DNA of 64,000 nt, taken from assembly GCA_964016885.1 (NCBI GenBank), contig OZ024742.1, forward strand, positions 44,702,001 through 44,766,000. Direction: 5' to 3'. The stretch comes from Eledone cirrhosa (taxonomy: Eukaryota). Both the position numbers and the translations under genes were made by a program. Below are positions 1 through 9,400 of this stretch, one piece after another (position 1 is the stretch's first letter; every line of letters begins with the position of its first letter). The notes under the pieces are model-generated. The model worked only from the letters and a program-made list of their open reading frames with translations, was not told the DNA's origin and did not search any database.

Positions 1-92
1 ATCAGTAGCACACTGTTACCTTCTATCAATTTCTATTTAGAGTTACTACTCTCTTAGTTGAGTAACTCTATTGCTATTAGAGGAGCCTGTCT

Positions 93-1108
93 CATCATCA
101 TCATCATCACCGTTTTACGTCCGTTCTTCCACGCTAGCATGGGTTAGACGGGTTGTCCTGTTGTGTGCAGTGTCTGGTCGGCTGACCATGCCTTGCTCAT
201 ATAGGAACTGATCTGGCTTGATTTCTACAGCTGGATGCCCTTCCTAACACCAACCTCATTTACAGTGAGTGCTGGGTGCTTTTTCGTGGCGCCTACACGT
301 CCACTTTACAGTGTGGGCTGGGTGCTTTTTTGCCGTGGCACCTCCACGACCACCTTGCGGTGGGGGGTGTGGGGGCATATTGTTTATATGCTTCAGCATG
401 TACCCATGGGAGGTCGGGTACTCTGTATTACTGCGTGACGCCAGAAGTCCCGGTCGTGTGTCATTGTCTTTGAGAGGTGTAATTGGGTAAGGTCGGCTTT
501 TATCACCTCATCCCAGGTCATCTTGGGTCTCCCCACTCCGCGGTTTCCATCAACTTCTAGTGCTCTGCACCTTTTTATGCAGCTGTCATCCTTCATACGC
601 ATCACATGTCCATACCAGCGCAACCGCCTCTCCTGCACACAGCATTTGATTCCTCTTATGCTCAGTCTCTCTCTCAATTCATTTATGCTTTGTCGTTCAC
701 GTATATTACTGTTACACATCCATCGGAGCATGCAGGCTTCATTTCTCTCTAATCTACGTAAGTCTTCCACCTTCAGCGCCCAGGTCTCACTACCATGCAA
801 CATCGCTGTTCGGATACACGCATCATACAGTCTGCCTTTCATTCTGAGGGAGAAGCCTTTTGCAGCTAGCAGTGGTAGTAGTTCCCTAAACTTCTTCCAT
901 CCCGTTCTTACCCTAGTTATTGTACTTTCTGAACACCCACCTCCGTTGCTAATTCGGTCACCTAGGTAGCAGAAGCTCTCTACTGTTTCTACAGGGCCCT
1001 CCCAGAGATTGGTGGTACTTGTTTCCTGTGGCTGTTTGCTGCTTGCTGTACCAGCACAGCTAGTGCATGTGAATCCTACATTCTTAATTAAGCTTCCTGA
1101 GATCCCGC
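93..1108 (-). mobile_element. 5'-truncated RTE-clade non-LTR retrotransposon (end of RT, C-terminal region, ~280-nt 3'UTR, (ATG)n tail)
   Basis: The minus frame is open from ~1107 to 393: GISGSL..FTCTSC..VETVESFCYLGD..GGGC..R.R.GWKKFRELLP..LHGSETW..RLRWYGHVMR..GRPKMTW, which are typical RTE motifs. The 3' end reads ...AACGGACGTAAAACGGT(GAT)n, seen as (CAT)n at 93-110 on the + strand. Confidence 0.9.
393..1107 (-). pseudogene. Truncated RTE ORF (RT C-terminal part); extends upstream of the 393..842 ORF without a stop
   Basis: Manual translation upstream of the ATG at 842 continues in frame through FCYLG to ~1107. There is no endonuclease or catalytic RT core, so the copy is non-functional. 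Confidence 0.85.
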
Positions 1109-1239
1109 TTCATGTGATTACAAAAAAGTTATTTTTTGTATATTGTTGGACTTGTTTCGAGTGCTGAAATTCCTAGACAGGTTGCCTTCACTATATAATC
1201 GGGATAGTTTAGCTATCATGAAAGCTCACAGTCACAATG

Positions 1240-1522
1240 TAACTCTTTTGATACCAAACCACCTGAAACTAACCTGAATTTATTATACAAAACTACTTAT
1301 TTCAAAATATTTATACTTAAATTAAATCCTTTCATCACTATTATATTTTCAAAATTTTTATTAAGCAATATTCTAATTATCAGCCCGTTAATGAAAAACT
1401 TAGTTGTTTTATTAGATTATTCCAATTTTTAAAATTATTTTCTGGGTTATGAAATACACTGTCTACTATGTAATACATAGTAGACAGTGTATTTCATTAG
1501 AAATATAACGATGAAAGGCTGT
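1240..1522. mobile_element. Degraded AT-rich MITE-like element (possibly piggyBac-type ends)
   Basis: Left end TAACTCTTTTGATACC and right end GATGAAAGGCTGTT look like decayed TTAACCCTTT...AAAGGGTTAA ends. The right part resembles 5735-5780. Confidence 0.4.
1449..1497. repeat. Perfect inverted repeat, 24-bp arms with a 1-nt spacer
   Basis: ATGAAATACACTGTCTACTATGTA-A-TACATAGTAGACAGTGTATTTCAT; the arms are exact reverse complements. Confidence 0.97.
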
Positions 1523-1629
1523 TGGAAAAAATGTTTGTCTCCCTGATTTTAGGATAAAAGGGAGAGAGATTGTAGTAGTGGTTTGAGGCTGTTGGGAATG
1601 AGGATGTCTCATATTTGTTAGTAATAATT

Positions 1630-1820
1630 GTTTCTACTTTTGGCACAAGGCCAGCAATTATCTCAGTGTATTACTAGTACTTTATTTTATCGACCCCGTA
1701 AGGAGGAAAGGCAAAGTTAACCTCAGCGGGATTTGAACTCGGACCATAAAGGGCCGTAACACTTTGCTGCAAAGCATGGCGTCCGACCCTCTACCGATAC
1801 TGCCAATCTACCGCTCTTTT
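1630..1820 (-). mobile_element. tRNA-derived SINE with a Meta-like central domain, flanked by a probable TSD
   Basis: Minus strand has A-box-like TGGCAGTATCGG, B-box GAGTTCAAATCC, then GAGGTTAACTTTGCCTTTCCTCCTTACGGGGTCGATAAAATAAAGTAC. Flanks are TTAGTAATAATT (1618-1629) and TTAGTAATGATT (1821-1832). The domain name comes from memory. Confidence 0.75.
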
Positions 1821-2673
1821 TTAGTAATGATTCAAAACCATAAACTCAGCTCCATTGTAGGCCCCTAAGGTAATGTTGACTGCTTCTCCATGCTGTTTTT
1901 TCATCCAACATTCAGTGTTGTTAAATAAGAGTGGATGTCTAGAAAGTGTCATAGTTTAGAACTAGTCTGCTATCATGATTGTGTGCTTAGATGCAGTTCA
2001 CTGCATGGCTTTAGGTAATATATGGATAAACATCTACGATGTGAAATCGGATGAATTTGCATTAGGTTCTCCCCTTTATCATATATGAACCAATTCAGTA
2101 TGTCAGTGACATTTGTCATGTATTTAGTTTTGTAGAGGACTTTATTTATGAATTAAGTCCAGTTTGTTTTTAGTTGAACAAGCTTTTTTCCGTGTTAATT
2201 AACATACATTTCAGTGTGTTGTTGATGTTATATTTGTGGTCTTTGAGTGTAATATGTGTGATTTTCTTGGCTATAGAGTTGATAATGTGTTCTATTTCGT
2301 ATATAATGAATTTGCCTTACATTGAAGGATGATCATATGAATAAGGAAAATACATTAATTTATTCATTAATACTAAAACTTCCTTAACATAGATTGTTTG
2401 TGTTTTTTACATATGGTATAGAAAAAATGTTTTTTTCATCTGGATAGATGAAAATATATATTCCATGACAACTGAATAGATGACTATGTAAGGCATTTTC
2501 ATAAGAGCAATTAGGGGAGAGGGGGTGATAGCTTCTGTACCTCAATTGTTTGAAAAATTGGTAATGTAAAACTTAGTTCTGACGCTAATAAAACATATGC
2601 CAGTTTATGTATTGAGTACTATTTCTCTGTTTGCAGACACAAGCACTGTGTGTGTTGTGTTGTGTGTGCACGT

Positions 2674-2676
<3 letters not shown>

Positions 2677-2730
<54 letters not shown>
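2677..2730. repeat. (TA)27 microsatellite
   Basis: Perfect TA run. Confidence 0.98.
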
Positions 2731-2736
<6 letters not shown>

Positions 2737-2910
2737 CACACACATAGACATATTATCTTTCATTACAATTAGCTTAATGATACTAATTATGTTATCATAC
2801 ATTGAAAAGTAATTATATTAATGACAGCAGTTCATTGATATATATGTCTTTATGTATGGAGGGATGGATGAACAGACTTTAAAAAAGATGATGATGATAT
2901 GTATGTATGT

Positions 2911-2933
2911 GAGAGAGAGAGAGAGAGAGAGAG
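2911..2933. repeat. (GA)11 microsatellite
   Basis: Perfect GA run. Confidence 0.97.
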
Positions 2934-2952
2934 CATCTGTATACTATATGGT

Positions 2953-2987
<35 letters not shown>
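2953..2987. repeat. (TAC)n microsatellite
   Basis: About 11.7 perfect TAC units. Confidence 0.97.
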
Positions 2988-3235
2988 TTTTGCATCACTA
3001 TAAACACACTTGGTCAGGTTTCCCTTACATTTATCTACCTCGCATCAATTGAACTAGAACAATCTAAATACCACCTCATCCCCTACATATTTGGTGCACA
3101 CTGTGTCTCCTCCTCCTCCTCTTCTAACTACCATAGCATTGCTCTTCTTCTTCTTCATCTGATATGAACTCTTTTTGTTTTCAACCAGTCTTTCCTGAAG
3201 TGCAACCCTCATAAATGTTCTCCATGCCCATATTA

Positions 3236-3310
3236 TTGTTGTAGTTGTTGTTTAGCACCAGGTCAGTCCTGACTTAACAGAGACCTATGATCAAAAAGCA
3301 TAGCAGCTTT
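3236..3310 (-). mobile_element. Short 3' remnant of a retroposon with an (AAC)n-like tail
   Basis: A TTGTTGTAGTTGTTGTTT tail is followed by AGCACCAGGTCAGTCCTGA...GACCTATGATCAAA, which resembles an interspersed-repeat end. Recognition only. Confidence 0.35.
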
Positions 3311-3554
3311 AACCTTTTACTCAGATATTGTATGTCTAACTACATTAACCAATATTTTCTTCATTTCTTTAACACTTAAAATGCTGTAACAATTGAGCAG
3401 AAAATATCTTTAAAAAATGGGTTTATTAATTCAAATGTTTATAATATCTTTACTAGTGGATTGAGTGTTGTAAAAATGTTAATTTTGAATATGATAGTCA
3501 TAATGCTGTTTTGTACTTTATAAGAATGTCTTGCTAGTGAGGTTTTATATGGTA

Positions 3555-3897
3555 CATCATCATCATCATCATCATTTTACGTCCACTTTTCCCTGCTTGC
3601 AAGGGTGGGATGGGAACTGATTCTGACTTGATTTCTACAGCTGGATGCCCTTCCTAACACCAACCTCATTTACAGTGAGTGCTGAGTGCTTTTTTGCCGT
3701 GGCACCTCCACGACCACTTTGCAGTGGAATGATAGGGACCCCAGTCCCTATCATCTCATTTCTACAGCTGAGTAAACTGGAGCAATGTGAAATAAAGTGT
3801 CTTGCTCAAGGAAACCACACATCACCCGGTCTGAGGATTGAACTCACAACCTTTCGATTGCAAGGCCAATGCTCTAACCACTAAGCCATGTGCCTCC
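3555..3897 (-). mobile_element. Full-length tRNA-derived CORE-type SINE with an RTE-type 3' end
   Basis: Minus strand has A-box TGGCTTAGTGG (3878-3888) and B-box GAGTTCAATCC (3835-3845). These are followed by CORE-like CCTTGAGCAAGACACTTTATTTCACATTGCTCCAGTTTACTCAGCTGTAGAAATG, a segment near-identical to the LINE 3'UTR at ~200-355, and GGACGTAAAAT(GAT)n. Confidence 0.88.
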
Positions 3898-4006
3898 ATA
3901 CATATATACATACACACACAAACCAAAGAGAAGTCTTAAGAGAAGTCCTCTGCAACATCATTTAAGTTGCCATATGTCAGCATGGTAAAACCAACATTGA
4001 TGATGA

Positions 4007-4553
4007 TCGGTCTAGCTTATACTCCCCCAAAATTGAGATTTAGGCATACGTGTAATATATTTAATTACTTATCTGAGTTTGATAATTTATCTGTATATTT
4101 TATCCTTTCATTGAGATGTCTAAGTATTAAAGACAAATAACTTTATAATAGATATTAGCTACTCCTTCAGTGTAGAATATATTTAGATGGTTTTTGGTGC
4201 TATTTATAACATCACTATAAGCCTGTCATGTTGTCCTAGTATATATACAGAGAGATCTTTAGTAGTCAGTGACCTAACATGTTTAATACGGTCTTGGCAA
4301 TGACATGGCTTGTATACTTTATATTCAATCTCTCCTCTTGTTCCTAAGAATTCTTTCCTGAAGACAGAATCAAATTCTTCCAATATTGGTTGTTCCAATG
4401 TTTTGAAATGTTTTATATTTTTTCTTGATTCCAGATTAAACCATGATTAAATCTGACTTATCTTAGTCGGTCTAGCTTATATGACCCCACCCCACCCACA
4501 GTTGAGATTTTGGCATAAGTTTAATATGTTTAATTACTTCTATGTATTTGAGA
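4007..4553 (+). repeat. Diverged ~85-bp direct repeat (4007-4087 and 4467-4553)
   Basis: Both copies start TCGGTCTAGCTTATA and continue with a C-run, TTGAGATTT.GGCATA.GT.TAATAT.TTTAATTACTT and TTTGA.AA. Confidence 0.8.
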
Positions 4554-5350
4554 AACTCCATATAGTGCATACAAAATCTAAATCTTGGGTACACAAGAGA
4601 TGTAGTGGGATATCGGATAGGCAAACAGGAAAGGAAGACTTTGTATGTAGAAGATGTACAGGAGTAATCAAAAGGAAGAGTGGCAGTGGTATAAAACTCT
4701 TCAAATCACAGGAAGGGTCCATAGAAGTGGTTGATAGCTTTTGCTATCTAGGTTACTTAATCAACAGTGGAGGAGGGTGCTCTGAGAGCATAATAGCTAG
4801 AATAAGGATATAATGGAAGATGATTAGTGAGCTACTGCCACTGTTGACAACAAAAGGTTTCTCCCTACGTATATAAAAAGGACTGTATGGTGCTTGTGTG
4901 TGAAGTGCGATTCTGCATGGTAGTGAAACATTGGCAGTGACTGTAGAAGACATGTATTGGTTGGAAAGAAATGAAGCAACCATGTTTAATTGGATGTGCC
5001 AAGTAAGTGTGAGAGAAAGGCAGAGTTTGGACGATCTGAGGGAGAAACTAGGTTTAAGAAGAATCTGAGGTGGTGTGCCAGAGAGAAGATGCATTGGTAC
5101 AGACATGTGATGTGCATGGATGATGATCACTGGGTGAAGAAGTGCCAAGAAATGCCAGTGGGTGGAAGCCACAGTGGAGGGAGACCGAGAAAGACCTGGG
5201 CAGAGGCGGTGTGAGCTGACCTCAAATCACTGATACTCACAGAGGAGATGACAAAGAAATGAGGTGAATGGAGAGATGCTGTACTGAAAAGGATCCATCA
5301 AACCCTTGCAACTGTGGAAAAACGGACATAAAAACGATGATGATGATGAT
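4551..5350 (+). mobile_element. Older, degraded 5'-truncated RTE-clade LINE with an (ATG)n tail
   Basis: RNSI*C..WVHKRCSGI..FVCRRC..IEVVDSFCYLG..GGGCSESIIARIRI*WK..ELLPLL..LHGSET..HWYRHVM..GRPRKTW, with several stops and frameshifts. It ends GGAAAAACGGACATAAAAAC(GAT)n. Confidence 0.9.
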
Positions 5351-5388
5351 ATATTATATGTGTATCCAATAGTAAAAAGATGATGAAA

Positions 5389-5425
5389 AATGTTGACACC
5401 TTGAAGGGCATCTAGCTGTAAAACA
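5389..5425 (+). mobile_element. Fragment of the SINE/RTE-UTR domain (GTTG...GAAGGGCATCTAGCTGTAAAA)
   Basis: Matches the reverse complement of 223-254 and 3631-3664. Confidence 0.5.
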
Positions 5426-5829
5426 TAGCCTCCGAAAAAAAACCCTACACTTTACTGAGTACATTTTGTCATAAAACGATTAGAGAGGTTGTCATATGTT
5501 TGATACAACTGAAAGGAAGCGTTCTGCCAACCCTTTGACAAGCTTTCTACAGTTGAATGACCTTCCTATCACCAATCATTTTGCAGTGTGTTCTTGGTGC
5601 ATTTATTGTATAGATAACCAACACCAGGGAGGTGTTATGGAGGGATATTTTTTGTTAAGTTATCAACTAAACTTCAAGGTAATAATATAGTTTGTTGTTT
5701 TATGAAATCTCTTCAAAATGTTCAATTTTTACAAAATAGGTTGTGTATTTCAATAAAAATATGATTTCAAAAGGGTTTACATTTTTAATTTTTGTTGATA
5801 TTCTTTCATTATTTTACTAGTTTCATAGA

Positions 5830-6012
5830 CAAAATTGGTAGAGAAGCAGCCAAAATACTTTGTGGTATTTGTTCCAGCCCTTTACATTCAAATCTTCCTA
5901 TGGTTGACTTTGGCTTTCATCCTTCTGGGTCAATAAAATACTGGGATCAATTTAATCGACTTTTTCTCTCCCCAAAAACTGCAGGACATGTGCCCCAAGT
6001 AGAAATCATTAT
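5830..6012 (+). mobile_element. Degraded copy of the SINE family at 1630-1820
   Basis: TTCAAATCTTCCTATGGTTGACTTTGGCTTTCATCCTTCTGGGTCAATAAAATAC...TGTGCCCCAAGTAGAAA aligns by eye with the reverse complement of 1630-1820. Confidence 0.7.
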
Positions 6013-6199
6013 TTTACTGGTTTCAGTGATTTGGCTATGTTCCTGCTAGGGCACCATCATCAAGGGTTGAAATCAGTTATACCTATGGCAATCTGATACA
6101 TATTTTATCGATCTCCATTTATTGAATGACCAAGTTATTTTCTAATGTAAAAAGGCACCACTTGATACACCATTTTATACCAATATTCACAAAGATAAA

Positions 6200-6286
6200 G
6201 ACACACACACACACAGGTATACTCATAGACAAAGGCATACAAACACTCATACACAATCACTCTCATACACATACACACATACACAT
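6200..6286. repeat. Degenerate (CA)n/(CATA)n low-complexity tract
   Basis: Interrupted CA-rich repeats. Confidence 0.7.
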
Positions 6287-6287
6287 G

Positions 6288-6420
6288 TGAGGGCTTCCAC
6301 ACAGTTATCATCTACCAAATTCCCCTCATAATGTATTGCTCAACTCGTGGCTACAATAGAAGACACGTTAGGTACCATGTCATGGGCTAGAACACATAAT
6401 TATATACCTGAGCAGTTAAC
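6288..6420 (-). mobile_element. Highly degraded tRNA/CORE-type SINE remnant
   Basis: GGGCTTCC..CAGTT..CATCTACCAAAT...GGCTACAATAGAAGACAC...AGGTACCATG resembles a common cephalopod SINE read in reverse, next to a CA-rich tail. Recognition only. Confidence 0.45.
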
Positions 6421-6466
6421 TATGAAGACAATCTGTTCAGTGGTAAGTGCTGGGTGTCATGGTCAA

Positions 6467-9400
6467 GATGATGATAGTGATGTCACTGATGAGAAGATGA
6501 TAGTGATGTCAATGATGAGATGATGATAGTGATGTCAATGATGAGATGATGATAGTGATGACAATGATGAGATGATGAGAGTGATGTCAATAACGAGAAC
6601 GATGATAGTGATGTCAATGATGAGATAATGATAGTGATGACAATGATGAGATGATGATAGTGATGACAATGACGAGATGATGATAGTGATGTCAATGATG
6701 AGATGATGATAGTGATGACAATGATGAGATGATGATAGAGATGTCAATGATGAGATGATGATAGTGATGTCAATGATGAGATGATGATAGTGATGTCAAT
6801 GACGAGATGATGATAGTGATGTCAATGACGAGATGATGATAGTGATGTCAATGATGAGATGATGATAGTGATGTCAATGACAAGATGATGATAGTGATGA
6901 CAATGATGAGATGATGATAGTGATGACAATGATGAGATGATGATAGTGATGTCAATGACGAGATGATGATAGTGATGTCAATGATGAGAAGATGATAGTG
7001 ATGACAATGACGAGATAATGATAGTGATGACAATGATCAGATGATGAGAGTGATGTCAATAACGAGAACGATGATAGTGATGTCAATGACAGGATGATGA
7101 TAGTGATGACAATGATGAGATGATGATAGAGATGTCAATGATGAGATGATGATAGTGATGACAATGACGAGATGATGATAGTGATGACAATGATGAGATG
7201 ATGATAGTGATGACAATGATGAGATGATGATAGTGATGACAATGATGAGATGATGATAGTGATGACAATGATGAGATGATGATAGTGATGTCAATGATGA
7301 GATGATGATAGTGATGTCAATGACGAGATGATGATAGTGATGTCAATGATGAGATGATGATAGTGATGACAATGATGAGATGATGATAGTGATGACAATG
7401 TCTAGATGATGATAGTGATGACAATGATGAGATGATGATAGTGATGACAATGTCTAGATGATGATAGTGATGACAATGACGAGATGATGATAGTGATGAC
7501 AATGATGAGATGATGATAGTGATGTCAATGATGAGATGATGATAGTGATGACAATGACGAGATGATGATAGTGATGTCAATGACGAGATGATGATAGTGA
7601 TGACAATGATGAGATGATGATAGTGATGACAATGATGAGATGATGATAGTGATGACAATGATGAGATGATGATAGTGATGTCAATGATGAGATGATGATA
7701 GTGATGACAATGATGAGATGATGATAGTGATGACAATGATGAGATAATGATAGTGATGTCAATGATGAGATGATGATAGTGATGACAATGATGAGATGAT
7801 GATAGTGATGACAATGATGAGATGATGATAGTGATGTCAATGATGAGATGATGATAGTGATGACAATGATGAGATGATGATAGTGATGACAATGATGAGA
7901 TGATGATAGTGATGTCAATGATGAGATGATGATAGTGATGTCAATGATGAGATGATGATAGTGATGTCAATGATGAGATGATGATAGTGATGACAATGAT
8001 GAGATGATGATAGTGATGACAATGATGAGATGATGATAGTGATGTCAATTATGAGATGATGATAGTGATGTCAATGATGAGATGATGATAGTGATGTCAA
8101 TGATGAGATGATGATGGTGATGACAATGACGAGATGATGATAGTGATGACAATGATGAGATGATGATAGTGATGACAATGATGAGATGATGATAGTGATG
8201 TCAATGATGAGATGATGATAGTGATGACAATGATGAGATGATGATAGTGATGACAATGATGAGATGATGATAGTGATGTCAATGATGAGATGATGATGGT
8301 GATGACAATGACGAGATGATGATAGTGATGACAATGATGAGATGATGATAGTGATGTCAATGGTGAGATGATGATAGTGATGACAATGATGAGATGATGA
8401 TAGTGATGTCAATGATGAGATGATGATAGTGATGTCAATGATGAGATGATGATGGTGATGACAATGACGAGATGATGATAGTGATGACAATGATGAGATG
8501 ATGATAGTGATGTCAATGGTGAGATGATGATAGTGATGACAATGATGAGATGATGATAGTGATGACAATGATGAGATGATGATAGTGATGACAATGGCGA
8601 GATGATGATAGTGATGACAATGATGAGATGATGATAGTGATGTCAATGATAAGATGATGATAGTGATGACAATGACTAGATGATGATAGTGATGACAATG
8701 ATGAGATGATGATAGTGATGACAATGATGAGATGATGATAGTGATGACAATGATGAGATGATGATAGTGATGACAATGATGAGATGATGATAGTGATGAC
8801 AATGGCGAGATGATGATAGTGATGACAATGATGAGATGAGGATAGTGATGTCAATGATGAGATGATGATAGTGATGACAATGATGAGATGATGATAGTGA
8901 TGACAATGATGAGATGATGATAGTGATGACAATGATGAGATGATGATAGTGATGACAATGGCGAGATGATGATAGTGATGACAATGATGAGATGATGATA
9001 GTGATGACAATGACTAGATGATGATAGTGATGACAATGATGAGATGATGATAGTGATGTCAATGGTGAGATGATGATAGTGATGACAATGACGAGATGAT
9101 GATAGTGATGTCAATGATGAGATGATGATAGTGATGACAATGATGAGATGATGATAGTGATGACAATGATGAGATGATGATAGTGATGTCAATGATAAGA
9201 TGATGATAGTGATGACAATGACTAGATGATGATAGTGATGTCAATGATGAGATGATGATAGTGATGACAATGATGAGATGATGATAGTGATGACAATGTC
9301 TAGATGATGATAGTGATGACAATGATGAGATGATGATAGTGATGTCAATGATGAGATGATGATAGTGATGACAATGACGAGATGATGATAGTGATGTCAA

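Noticed and set aside
38-70. 10-bp hairpin TAGAGTTACT...AGTAACTCTA
   Set aside because: Real but short, AT-rich and without supporting context.
523-969. 148-aa plus-strand ORF, and likewise 4753..5172 on the minus strand
   Set aside because: Antisense shadows of the RTE coding frames.
2597-3052. Short ORFs with IYIY, ERER and poly-T runs
   Set aside because: Translations of microsatellites.
3825-3897. tRNA gene
   Set aside because: A and B boxes are present, but there is no complete cloverleaf and the sequence continues into a SINE body.
5527-5780. Second MITE with CCCTTTGA...AAAAGGG ends
   Set aside because: The ends are short and there is no clear TTAA duplication. Only the right part resembles 1240-1522.
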